Below, in pieces: positions 8,335-17,043 of a DNA stretch of 33,610 nt (positions are counted from its first letter, which is position 1; each line of letters begins with the position of its first letter). A model generated the notes under the pieces. That model made no database searches. It was not told the origin of the DNA and saw only the letters and a list, made by a program, of their open reading frames with translations. The position numbers and the translations under genes were made by a program. Origin of the DNA: a virus (Duplodnaviria > Caudoviricetes); the IMG/VR virus record IMGVR_UViG_3300017747_005338, positions 1 to 33,610 of that record; one strand, given 5' to 3'.

Positions 8335-8787
8335 ATGGGTAAATTCTATTCTACTAAAGTAATTCCTCTCGGGTCGTGTGCTTTTCGGCAACCTCATGCG
8401 AAAAGCCATTGCAAATATATTCACGGTTACCGGCTACAGGCTAAATTTTGGTTTGCATGCAATGAACTAGATCAAAACAACTGGGTAGTTGATTTTGGTG
8501 GTCTAAAGGAACTAAAGAGAGATCTTGAAAATACATTTGATCATAAAACCGTAGTATGGGGTAAAGATCCTGATCTTGAAACTTTTTACCTACTTGAGAG
8601 TAAGGGAATGATTGAACTAGTTGTGCTTCATGGCGGGGTAGGCATAGAGAAGTTTGCTGAGCTTTGCTGCGATCTTGCTGATTCTTATGTCAGAAATATG
8701 ACTGATAATCGTTGCTGGTGTGAAAAAGTAGAAGTTTGGGAGCACGAACAAAACAGTGCAATTTATCAAAAGTATTTTAATATTTAA
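8335..8787 (+). CDS. queD: 6-carboxy-5,6,7,8-tetrahydropterin synthase (QueD/PTPS family)
   Basis: CAFRQ...SHCKYIHGY, WVVDFGGLK, FDHK, GIEKFA, VEVWEHEQNSA; directly upstream of queE. Confidence 0.9.
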   Translation: MGKFYSTKVIPLGSCAFRQPHAKSHCKYIHGYRLQAKFWFACNELDQNNWVVDFGGLKELKRDLENTFDHKTVVWGKDPDLETFYLLESKGMIELVVLHGGVGIEKFAELCCDLADSYVRNMTDNRCWCEKVEVWEHEQNSAIYQKYFNI

Positions 8788-8789
8788 TT

Positions 8790-9593
8790 ATGAGCGCTGA
8801 TAAGACTCTTTTTCTCTCTGACGATTTTGTCTTTTATACTCTTGAAGGAGAAGGCCGATACATCGGCTATCCTTCTGTGTTTATGAGGTTGTCTATGTGC
8901 AATCTCACCTGTATTGGGTTTAAGAGTGATGATGCACCTTTCGGGTGTGATAGTTATGTAAGCTGGTCTAAGAAGAATAAAATGACTTTTGAAGAGATTG
9001 CTCAGCTCTTTGAAAAGAACGACTATCATGAAATGCTTAAGCAGGGTGCTATTCTTAAGCTTACCGGTGGTGAACCCTTCATTCAGCAAAAGAATCTTAT
9101 TGAATTTGTAAAGTTTATTGTTAATCGTTGGGGGTTCTTTAATTTGGAAAATGAGTTCGACTTTATGGCCGCAGAGCCTCAAGAGCCAGTACTTAGGATC
9201 GATTTTGAAACTAATGGTACTGTTATGCCGGACGAAGAATGGCATCAACTAGGTTGCGTGGTAACATATACTACGTCTCCTAAGCTCTCCAGTAACGGGG
9301 ATCCCGAAGAAAAGCGCTTTAAACCAGACGTGCTTCGTTACCTTGTTGATAAACAAGCGTGTTTTAAGTTTGTTGCTAAGCAAGAATCTGATCTTACAGA
9401 AGTACTAGAAAAGTATGTTAATAACCCTGATGTTGCGGTACCTAATGAACTAGTTTGGATCATGCCTATGTGTGGGTCTCGGGAAGAGCTTCTTAAAGTC
9501 GGCCCAGCTGTAGCTGAAATATGCAAGAAATATTGTTTTAAGTTTAGTAACCGTATGCACTTGCAAATCTGGGATAAAGCCCTAAAGGTATAA
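8790..9593 (+). CDS. queE: 7-carboxy-7-deazaguanine synthase (radical SAM)
   Basis: FYTLEGEGRYIGYPSVFMRLSMCNLTC...GCDS, LTGGEP, FETNGT, SPKLS, KFV, RMHLQIW. Confidence 0.92.
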   Translation: MSADKTLFLSDDFVFYTLEGEGRYIGYPSVFMRLSMCNLTCIGFKSDDAPFGCDSYVSWSKKNKMTFEEIAQLFEKNDYHEMLKQGAILKLTGGEPFIQQKNLIEFVKFIVNRWGFFNLENEFDFMAAEPQEPVLRIDFETNGTVMPDEEWHQLGCVVTYTTSPKLSSNGDPEEKRFKPDVLRYLVDKQACFKFVAKQESDLTEVLEKYVNNPDVAVPNELVWIMPMCGSREELLKVGPAVAEICKKYCFKFSNRMHLQIWDKALKV

Positions 9594-9594
9594 T

Positions 9595-9753
9595 ATGAAA
9601 GCACCCAATCCAGAATGGCATTTTAAACTTAGTGTAATTAAAAGTATACTACGTATTATTGCAGGGGCTGCTTTTATAAAAAGCAATATCGTTGCCGGGG
9701 GATTATTGCTAATTTTAGCTGAAATTATTGGTATAGTGGAAGAAATTATATAA
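9595..9753 (+). CDS. Small hydrophobic (membrane) protein, 52 aa
   Basis: Not in the ORF track. MKAPNPEWHFKLSVIKSILRIIAGAAFIKSNIVAGGLLLILAEIIGIVEEII fills the gap between the queE stop and the next ATG. Confidence 0.75.
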   Translation: MKAPNPEWHFKLSVIKSILRIIAGAAFIKSNIVAGGLLLILAEIIGIVEEII

Positions 9754-9984
9754 ATGAAAACTACAATTAAATTCACGTATGAAAGCGAATACACTTCTGA
9801 GTTTGCCGGGCATTGTGGAACTCCGCGCAAGCTTGAAGTTGTTTTAGGAGGAGATATTACTCTTGATGAACTTGTTGAGCAATTTGGGCTTTTTGTAAAA
9901 GGAGTCGGTTATTACCCTCCTGACAACGCTCATTTAGAATACGTTGATAACGATACAGAAAAGCCTAAGTCGTTAGAAGAATGA
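9754..9984 (+). CDS. Hypothetical protein
   Basis: 76-aa ORF abutting both neighbours (TAAATG upstream, ATGA downstream). Confidence 0.7.
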   Translation: MKTTIKFTYESEYTSEFAGHCGTPRKLEVVLGGDITLDELVEQFGLFVKGVGYYPPDNAHLEYVDNDTEKPKSLEE

Positions 9985-10691
9985 CAAAATTAAAAAAAAT
10001 TGGTATTATTGGTACTCAATGTGTGGGTAAAAGCACACTTATTGAGGATATGATTCTTCAATGGCCTCAATTACAACGACCCGACAAGACCTACAGAGAT
10101 TTAATTAAAGAAAAAAATTTACCAATTAACAAAAACGGTACTAAAGAATCTCAAGAAACTATCCTTAATTTTCTTGTTGATGAGGCCATGGGGTATACAG
10201 GTTCTAAAAAAATGATTTATGACCGAACCCCACTCGATAATCTTGTCTATTCTCTCTGGTTGTATAGTAAAGAGACTTCAGATATTGATGAAGCTTTTAT
10301 CGATAAGTGTGTAGTTACAGTCAGGCACGCACTTAAGTTTTATTCTGTGTTGTTTTATTTGCCCTTAGTTAAGGAAAATGATGTAGCTTTAACTGTAAAA
10401 GAACAAAGAGATGTTGATCCGGCTTATAGAGGTGAAATAGGGGTATTATTTGAAACACTGTACAAAGCATGGCAAAAAGGTGGTTCTAGGTTTTTTGATA
10501 ATGAAGATTGTCCACCGATTATTCCTATTTACGGAAATCCCTTAGAAAGAATTGCTATGCTAAAAATGTATATCAATGAAAAATGCGAATTTTACGGGGA
10601 AAGCGAAAGCCTTATCACTAAAGACATTAACGATCAGGCATTTCTTTCGGAGCAGCTAGGATTATCCAATAAAAACTTGCACAAAAAGTAA
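9981..10691 (+). CDS. P-loop nucleoside/nucleotide kinase-like protein (AAA_28/NadR-kinase/dNMP-kinase-like)
   Basis: Walker A IGIIGTQCVGKST, and YDRTPLDNLVY (the DR motif of NMP/dNK kinases). Confidence 0.7.
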   Translation: MTKLKKIGIIGTQCVGKSTLIEDMILQWPQLQRPDKTYRDLIKEKNLPINKNGTKESQETILNFLVDEAMGYTGSKKMIYDRTPLDNLVYSLWLYSKETSDIDEAFIDKCVVTVRHALKFYSVLFYLPLVKENDVALTVKEQRDVDPAYRGEIGVLFETLYKAWQKGGSRFFDNEDCPPIIPIYGNPLERIAMLKMYINEKCEFYGESESLITKDINDQAFLSEQLGLSNKNLHKK

Positions 10692-10711
10692 TAAGTAATA
10701 ACATACTTATT

Positions 10712-11323
10712 ATGACATTCGATAAACTAGCAAATCAGATCAACGAGAACTTCATGCCAGAAGCTCGTAAGCCTAATCCTGAATTTCAGAAATGGAAAGC
10801 AGAGAACCCTGGAGTGCCGGTTTATAAGTTTTATAAAATGCAGCGAGATAAGAAGGCTGGTCTAGGTGCAGACGCACCTACTTCAGAACCTTCAGAAGAG
10901 CCGGAGATTAGCACCCTAAGTAAGGACCCTGCTACTGAGCGTACTCGTCTTGCAGTAGCAGACTATATCGCGCATAATCCTAACGCTTCAGTTGACGAAA
11001 TTATCGATGCAATTGCAATTGATAGTACTGAAGAGACACCTCTTAATCTTGACCCGGCAGTAGTTAAAGCAATTGTTGATCAAGAATCTTCTATGGAAGA
11101 GCCTGGCATGGAAGAGCCTTCTCTGTCTGATATTAAGAAGGATGAATTGTCTGCTAAGTACGACCGTATGCGTCAAGCTCTATACAGAGCTCGTGGATTT
11201 AAGGCACGTCCAGGTCGCCGCGGTGTTTCCCGAGATGTAGAAGGAGAGCCAGAAGAAGATACACCGATTAGCCGCCGTGGTATTAATATGAGGGATGAGC
11301 CGTTCGATCCTAATGAGTTGTAA
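10712..11323 (+). CDS. Hypothetical acidic late protein, possible internal head protein
   Basis: N-terminus MTFDKLANQINE; Glu/Pro-rich; TAAGTA at 10692-10697. Confidence 0.7.
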   Translation: MTFDKLANQINENFMPEARKPNPEFQKWKAENPGVPVYKFYKMQRDKKAGLGADAPTSEPSEEPEISTLSKDPATERTRLAVADYIAHNPNASVDEIIDAIAIDSTEETPLNLDPAVVKAIVDQESSMEEPGMEEPSLSDIKKDELSAKYDRMRQALYRARGFKARPGRRGVSRDVEGEPEEDTPISRRGINMRDEPFDPNEL

Positions 11324-11768
11324 GAAATTTTTCGGTTAATATAATAAATTTCATACCTTTTTTAGCCGCGTATTCATGCGCGGCTTTCCATTTGCACTGG
11401 TTTTGATGGTACATTAAATTTTCATACAACACTGTACTGCTCTTTTTTTTGTTAGATTGCTTAGGGGGCTGTGTTTGTGCGTATGGTTTTAATTCAATTA
11501 AATATTTTTGCACCTCCCCGGCCGGATCTTTAATTGCAGCTATAAGGTCTATGTAATATTTGTGTACTTTTTTATCCACATCGTTGTAATAAGGTATCAC
11601 TATTGACTCGCTAGCCCAAGCAACCACGTTTGGATTCTTATCAAAATACAAAAAAAAGTTTTTTTCTAATGAAGACCTGTATGACGGATTTGTACCGCCT
11701 TTGTATTTATCTCTATTTATCGGGGTATATAATCCTTGAAAGTACTTGTTATTTTTAGGGTAGGCCAT
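11310..11768 (-). CDS. gp4: Head completion nuclease, T4 gp4-like (TnsA-type endonuclease fold)
   Basis: FQGLYTPINRDKYKG, YRSSLE, WASESIVIPY, HKYYIDL, IELKP, NQCKWKAA, FIILTE. Confidence 0.88.
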   Translation of the reverse strand: MAYPKNNKYFQGLYTPINRDKYKGGTNPSYRSSLEKNFFLYFDKNPNVVAWASESIVIPYYNDVDKKVHKYYIDLIAAIKDPAGEVQKYLIELKPYAQTQPPKQSNKKKSSTVLYENLMYHQNQCKWKAAHEYAAKKGMKFIILTEKFLTTH

Positions 11769-11787
11769 ATACTATAGTTACTTACCT

Positions 11788-12813
11788 GTGCAAATATCTC
11801 AAAATTTAGTTATCAATACGTTTTTCCAATACTGCAAACGTCCGGTATTTAAAAAAACTACTGGCACGTATAACGGGGAGTGTCCGTATTGCCATGAAGG
11901 CAAAAGTGCAGGTAAGAAGAGACGGTTCTTTTATATACCTGAAGAAGACCATCTTTATTGTCATAATTGTAGCGCCAGTACTGATGGTTTTAATTTTGTA
12001 AAAGAGCAAACAGGTATGTCATTAAAGGACATACTTGCAGAGTCTGAATTACGTACAGACACTATAGAAGATATTATTAAACGTTCTTCCGTTTATAAGA
12101 AATACAATCCTAAAAGTTTACCAGATGATTGTATAAACCTGTTTGACAATAATCAGACTTCATTTTATAGTGCAAATGCTACTGTTAAAGATGCTTTAGA
12201 GTTTATTAATAAAAGAAGGCTTAACACCGCAGTCAATCGCCCTAAAGCTTTGTGGTTGAGTTTAACTGACTATACGCATAAGAATAGAGTTGTATTTCCA
12301 TTTTATAGTCCCAATGGAGGGGCTAAAGTAGAATTTTATCAATCTCGTGCACTCTATAAAGTTGATGAAGATAGGGCTAAGTATCTATCTAAAGCTAATT
12401 CAGATAAAGGTATATTTAATATAGACAAGATTGTACCTGATATTGAATATATATTTTTACAGGAAGGACCTATTGACGCTATGTTTTTACGTAATAGTGT
12501 AGCCTTGGCAGGTATTAACCCTACTGAAAGTCAGGTAGATCGTTTACAGACGCTATTCCCTATGCATACCCTAGTTTACGTACTCGACAATCAATGGGTA
12601 GACAGTACTTCTTATGATGTTACCAGAGCTCTTCTAGATAAAGGCGAAAAAGTTTTTCTATGGCCAGCAGGCCTTGAAAGATTTAAAGACATTAACGATT
12701 TATGTGTGCACACTAAACAAGATGAACTAGATTGGAATATAATAGTTAAGCATACATATACAGGTATGAAAGGTTTAATTAAATTTTCTCAAATCAAATG
12801 CAAACAAAATTAA
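11788..12813 (+). CDS. gp61: DNA primase, T4 gp61-like
   Basis: Zn ribbon CPYC...YCHNC; YQSR, KYLS; TOPRIM motifs EGPIDAMF, VLDN and KDINDL; GTG start. Confidence 0.9.
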   Translation: MQISQNLVINTFFQYCKRPVFKKTTGTYNGECPYCHEGKSAGKKRRFFYIPEEDHLYCHNCSASTDGFNFVKEQTGMSLKDILAESELRTDTIEDIIKRSSVYKKYNPKSLPDDCINLFDNNQTSFYSANATVKDALEFINKRRLNTAVNRPKALWLSLTDYTHKNRVVFPFYSPNGGAKVEFYQSRALYKVDEDRAKYLSKANSDKGIFNIDKIVPDIEYIFLQEGPIDAMFLRNSVALAGINPTESQVDRLQTLFPMHTLVYVLDNQWVDSTSYDVTRALLDKGEKVFLWPAGLERFKDINDLCVHTKQDELDWNIIVKHTYTGMKGLIKFSQIKCKQN

Positions 12814-13499
12814 TCGCAATTACTCAGCCGTTTGTCCCCATGGTTCCTGAAGGTTTTAGAAACCCTCACCCTGGTAACGACCATTTCAATATGACCCCAG
12901 AGCAATTTGTTGTGTATATAGCCCGAGTAAGCAATCCGTCTAACCAAATGAATACCGAGACTGGTCACAAGCTTATTCGCTATCTTATTAAACACAAGCA
13001 CTGGAGTCCTTTTGAGCACATAAGCTGCACTTTTGAGATCTGGACATCTAGAGCTATAGCGGCTCAGATTCTAAGACATCGCTCATTTACTTTTCAAGAG
13101 TTTAGTCAGCGCTACGCTCAGGCAACTAATTTTGAACCTGTAGAATGGCGTAAACAAGGCAAGACCAATAGACAAGTCGGGGATGAGCCGGTACAGCTTC
13201 CACAACATCTGCAGTACGCAGTTGATGAAGCTCAGCGTAACGCTAAAGCTTTATACGATCAGCTTATAAATGAAGGTATTGCTAAAGAATCTGCTAGAAT
13301 GATACTCCCCCTTAATACCCAAACAAGAATTTATATGTCAGGTACTTTGCGTAGCTGGATTCACTATCTTGATCTTCGTTGCGCAGAAGGTACTCAAAAG
13401 GAGCATAGAGAAATAGCTTTAGACATAAAAAAAGGTCTCGAAGAATTATTTCCCGAGACCTTTAAAGCTATTAATGAGTTAAGCGTTAACGAGGGGTAG
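12798..13499 (+). CDS. thyX: FAD-dependent thymidylate synthase
   Basis: HWSPFEH, the ThyX motif RHRSFTFQEFSQRY, ESARMILP, TQKEHR. Confidence 0.95.
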   Translation: MQTKLIAITQPFVPMVPEGFRNPHPGNDHFNMTPEQFVVYIARVSNPSNQMNTETGHKLIRYLIKHKHWSPFEHISCTFEIWTSRAIAAQILRHRSFTFQEFSQRYAQATNFEPVEWRKQGKTNRQVGDEPVQLPQHLQYAVDEAQRNAKALYDQLINEGIAKESARMILPLNTQTRIYMSGTLRSWIHYLDLRCAEGTQKEHREIALDIKKGLEELFPETFKAINELSVNEG

Positions 13500-14190
13500 A
13501 AGCGTCTTTAACTTTCTTTTCAGAAGTAATTACGACTGACTTGAAGACCTCTGCTAAACCGCGGAGGTTTTCTGCTAATTTAGTAATACGCTTTTCTTCT
13601 CGACGAACAACTCCACGGAACGGTATCGAATTTTTAATTTCTAATTGATTAATTTGAGAGTTAAGACTTTCAGGACCGGTACCGTTAACGAAATCAGCCA
13701 TCTCTTCTAATTTAGAAATCCAATTACGAGCCGCATCAACACCTGACGAATCGACCTTTAACTGTGGGTTATCAGCAACATCAAAATCTTTAGGATTAGT
13801 ACCTTTGTCTAATGAACGTTTGTAAGCTTCTTCATCAGACATTTCTCCGCCAGAAGGGGCTGGAGCAGCCTCCATTTCATAGTTCTCCTTCATAGCTTTT
13901 TTCTTTTTGTCTGACATTTTATGTTTTTCGCGAAGAGTTATATCTTTATCCCCGACTTTAATTTTATCTCCTGGTTTTTTGCCAGCGGCCTTTGCGTCTT
14001 GCACTGCTTTACTGAACGCATTACCTTCTGTTTCTTCTTTCTTTAAGCCTTTCTTTTTACGAAGAGCTGCAAAATCTGCACCTGTAATTTTACCCTTAGG
14101 TTCTGCTACATCGATGTTTTTTTGACCACCATGAAGTTTTTCGGTTTCTTCGTTTAAGGATTTAAGAAATGTATTTGCAAACTTTGACAT
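13486..14190 (-). CDS. Hypothetical late protein, probable internal head/prohead-core protein (start reassigned to ATG 14190)
   Basis: N-terminus MSKFANTFLKSLNE, several L/I-x-E sites, and a DVAEPKGKITGADF segment; TAAATA 8 nt upstream. Confidence 0.7.
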   Translation of the reverse strand: MSKFANTFLKSLNEETEKLHGGQKNIDVAEPKGKITGADFAALRKKKGLKKEETEGNAFSKAVQDAKAAGKKPGDKIKVGDKDITLREKHKMSDKKKKAMKENYEMEAAPAPSGGEMSDEEAYKRSLDKGTNPKDFDVADNPQLKVDSSGVDAARNWISKLEEMADFVNGTGPESLNSQINQLEIKNSIPFRGVVRREEKRITKLAENLRGLAEVFKSVVITSEKKVKDASTPR

Positions 14191-14214
14191 AATACTATTA
14201 TTTATCAAAAACAT

Positions 14215-14242
14215 TTGAATTTCTAAGGTTATATTTTATTAT
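14215..14242 (+). promoter_or_regulatory. Sigma70-type promoter TTGAAT-N16-TATTAT for queC-gat
   Basis: The -10 box ends 6 nt before the queC ATG. Confidence 0.6.
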
Positions 14243-14248
14243 AAACAT

Positions 14249-14959
14249 ATGGCTAAAGCACTCGTTATTCTTTCTGGTGGTATGGATAGTTCTATTCTCT
14301 TACACCATGTTGCAACACGTATGCGTTATGATGAACTGTACGCAATTACATTCAACTACGGTCAACGGATTATTCGAGAAATTGATTGTGCAAAAGCTCA
14401 AGCTCTAGATGCAGGTGTTACTGAGCATAAAATTATAAATATGGATTTCTTTAGAGATATTTCTAAGATGTCTGCTCTTACCAATACCGATCTTAAAATT
14501 CCTAAAGCAAGAGAAGATATAGGAAACGCTCAACCGCTTAGTTATGTACCGTTTAGAAACTTACTACTTCTAACAACTGCAGCTGGATGGGCTGAAAGCA
14601 TTGGAGCAAATGACTTATTTTACGGGGCAGTACAAACTGATGACTTTTCCGGATACTGGGACTGTACTTCATTATTTTTGAACAAAGTTAATGATGTGTA
14701 TAATCTTAACCGTAAAAATACAATTAAGGTAAATGCACCTTTTATGACATGGTCTAAGGATCAAGTTGTAAAGGAAGGTATTGATTTGAATATTAATTTT
14801 TTACAGACCCATACTTGTTATGAAGGTAAAGAGGTAGCATGTGGAGAGTGTGTGTCTTGCGCAGCGCGTATTAAGGCGTTTATAGACAATAAAACTATAG
14901 ATCCAATTAAATATGCAAAAGAAATACCGTGGAGTAAATTTGATTGTAAGACATACTAA
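14249..14959 (+). CDS. queC: 7-cyano-7-deazaguanine (preQ0) synthase
   Basis: PP-loop SGGMDS, FNYGQR, YVPFRN, GYWDC, and Zn site TCY...CGECVSC. Confidence 0.95.
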   Translation: MAKALVILSGGMDSSILLHHVATRMRYDELYAITFNYGQRIIREIDCAKAQALDAGVTEHKIINMDFFRDISKMSALTNTDLKIPKAREDIGNAQPLSYVPFRNLLLLTTAAGWAESIGANDLFYGAVQTDDFSGYWDCTSLFLNKVNDVYNLNRKNTIKVNAPFMTWSKDQVVKEGIDLNINFLQTHTCYEGKEVACGECVSCAARIKAFIDNKTIDPIKYAKEIPWSKFDCKTY

Positions 14960-14962
14960 GTT

Positions 14963-15637
14963 ATGTGCGGTATAGCAGGATCAATTAATAAGGCTACAGC
15001 TTTTAAACTGTACCAAAGCAATTTAAACCGGGGCTTTTATAGTTCCGGTTCTATTGTACTTGATGACCTCAACATGTGGGTTTGTAAAAAAGTTTTGGGG
15101 CAATTTAAAGATTCAGTTGAGCCAGCATGCGTGCCTGGTATACATACAGAAGGTTTATACTATCTTTATCATTCTAGAGGACCTACAGTAGAAACTAAAG
15201 GTTTTAATGAAGAGGATAACCATCCATTTTTTTATGATGACTGGATAGTTGCTCATAATGGTATTATTAGTAATTTTGAAAAACTTTCTAAAGAACATTA
15301 CCCTGGTGTAGATTTTACAGACAAAACCGATAGTTGCATTATACCTCGAATGCTTAGTTTATTTGGTATTGAGTATGGCCCAGAAAAACTAGAAGGTACT
15401 TTTGCATTCTGGGCTTATAATATACGCACAAACAATCTTTACCTTGTACGCAATTCTTGTACTTTATTTGCAAATTTAGCAACAGGAGATTTCTCATCTA
15501 CTGAATTTGAAAATAGTATACCACTTGAAGAAGGTAAGCTTTATTGCATAGATTATAGTAAACAGCAACTTACACAGAACACTCGATTAAAAATTAAACG
15601 TACTTTTAGTTTTAAATCTCCATATTTTATATTCTAA
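14963..15637 (+). CDS. Class II (Ntn) glutamine amidotransferase, stand-alone, adjacent to queC
   Basis: N-terminal nucleophile MCGIAG, HSRGPT, HPF, HNGIISN, TDS; starts 3 nt after the queC stop. Confidence 0.85.
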   Translation: MCGIAGSINKATAFKLYQSNLNRGFYSSGSIVLDDLNMWVCKKVLGQFKDSVEPACVPGIHTEGLYYLYHSRGPTVETKGFNEEDNHPFFYDDWIVAHNGIISNFEKLSKEHYPGVDFTDKTDSCIIPRMLSLFGIEYGPEKLEGTFAFWAYNIRTNNLYLVRNSCTLFANLATGDFSSTEFENSIPLEEGKLYCIDYSKQQLTQNTRLKIKRTFSFKSPYFIF

Positions 15638-15645
15638 GTATATCT

Positions 15646-16035
15646 ATGGCTAATGATGCTATAGATTACATTAATAGAGACATCGTAAATGTTAAAGAAG
15701 ACCTACGTACTATCAGTAAATTAGTTAGAGATGGTAACGGCCAGCCTAGCCTTATACAACAGGTAACTATGCTGCAAAGCGATATAGGAAGAATTGAAAT
15801 AGAAATAAAAGAAGAAATACTAAACTTACAAAGCACTGTTGAATCATTTAAAGCTAAAGAAAAAGAAAGAAACACACTAACTTGGCAATTTAAAACAGCA
15901 ATCGGGGTTGCATTAATTACAAGCTTTACTTCAGTTTTGTTGCATTATATGAACAACAAAACTACCGATACGGAAAAAGTTCTAACTCAAATAGTAGAAA
16001 GACTTGATAAAGTTAATATAACACCTAAAAAATAA
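15646..16035 (+). CDS. Late coiled-coil membrane protein (holin-like candidate)
   Basis: Coiled coil with GNGQPSL and one hydrophobic helix (TAIGVALITSFTSVLL); TAAGTA 5 nt upstream. Confidence 0.5.
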   Translation: MANDAIDYINRDIVNVKEDLRTISKLVRDGNGQPSLIQQVTMLQSDIGRIEIEIKEEILNLQSTVESFKAKEKERNTLTWQFKTAIGVALITSFTSVLLHYMNNKTTDTEKVLTQIVERLDKVNITPKK

Positions 16036-16075
16036 AGTAGATTTAATAAAATTATACTCTAGAATAATTCTAGAT

Positions 16076-16342
16076 ATGAAGAGTATTAATTTTTCGCTAG
16101 AGGAAGTACAGCTAATTATAGAATCTTTATTGTTTACATCCGGTACCGATGTTTGCTCGGAACATACTGATGCACAAAGAATTAAAATGATAAATTTGGC
16201 TGAATCTCTTAATAATAAATTTGATAAGCCCAATCTGCATAACATATATCTGTATAAAGATATGACAATTTCCGATAAGATTACACCAGTAATTACTGAA
16301 AAATTCTCTAATCTTCCACTTAGTGATATTATTACTGATTAA
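16076..16342 (+). CDS. Hypothetical protein
   Basis: 88-aa ORF, TAATG-coupled to the downstream GT; possible TAGATT-N16-TAGAAT promoter upstream. Confidence 0.65.
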   Translation: MKSINFSLEEVQLIIESLLFTSGTDVCSEHTDAQRIKMINLAESLNNKFDKPNLHNIYLYKDMTISDKITPVITEKFSNLPLSDIITD

Positions 16343-17028
16343 TGAAAAAAACAGTTTTAGTATTCTGCTCTCAAGTCTCGAATGAAAAAGAACTTAATGA
16401 GAGATATGGTAAATATCATATTTTAAAATCTTCCTGTTTAAAAGAAGTAGAATGTGTTAAAATATTTTCTAACACAAAATCTCTTCCAAAGAGATATAAT
16501 GAATGGATAAAAAATGAAGATTATAATGTAGTTTTCGTACATGATGATGTTTTAATAAACGATAATGAATGGTTAGAAAAATTATCTAATAATTTAAAAA
16601 AATACGACGTAATCGGTCTCGCTGGTACTTCAACCGCAAGAATTTCAGAACCATGTCTATGGCATTTAATGAGTTCTAAAGAAGACCATAAAGGTAGAGT
16701 TAGTCATGTATCAGATGGAGGCAACGGCACTTTTGTAACCCACTTTGGCAAACACGGAAGAGTTCTTATACTCGATGGTTTGTTTTTAGCTTTTAACTCT
16801 AAAAAAGTGTATGAGGCTGGAGCATTTTTTGATGAGACCAATCCTTGTGTTGCACATTTTTATGACATAGATTTTAGTTTAACTTGTAATAGTAAAAAAT
16901 TAAAATTGGGTACCGTGGATATTAATGCAATACATAATTCTCACGGACTTCGTTCCTTTACTGATGAATGGCTTTCAGGCCAGGCCTGGTTTTTAGACAA
17001 AGTTAAGAATGGAAAATATTTAACCTGA
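16342..17028 (+). CDS. GT-A fold glycosyltransferase-like protein
   Basis: SLPKRYN, VFVHDDV (DxD), IGLAG, LDGLFLA, HFYDIDFSL, HNSHG. Confidence 0.75.
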   Translation: MKKTVLVFCSQVSNEKELNERYGKYHILKSSCLKEVECVKIFSNTKSLPKRYNEWIKNEDYNVVFVHDDVLINDNEWLEKLSNNLKKYDVIGLAGTSTARISEPCLWHLMSSKEDHKGRVSHVSDGGNGTFVTHFGKHGRVLILDGLFLAFNSKKVYEAGAFFDETNPCVAHFYDIDFSLTCNSKKLKLGTVDINAIHNSHGLRSFTDEWLSGQAWFLDKVKNGKYLT

Positions 17029-17037
17029 TAATATAAT
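17010..17037 (+). promoter_or_regulatory. Sigma70-type promoter TGGAAA-N16-TATAAT for the DUF366-like gene
   Basis: Perfect -10 box ending 6 nt before ATG 17044; same geometry as the queD and queC promoters. Confidence 0.55.
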
Positions 17038-17043
17038 TTAATT

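Noticed and set aside
8784-9830. Minus-strand ORFs 8784-9248, 9338-9604 and 9582-9830
   Set aside because: Antisense to queE and to the better-fitting 52-aa + strand ORF.
11093-11119. ATGGAAGAGCCT duplicated at a 15-nt period
   Set aside because: Simple in-frame coding duplication (MEEP x2); not an array.
10988-14125. Short ORFs 10988-11176, 11806-12009, 12810-13019 and 13907-14125
   Set aside because: Antisense shadows of longer, better-supported genes.
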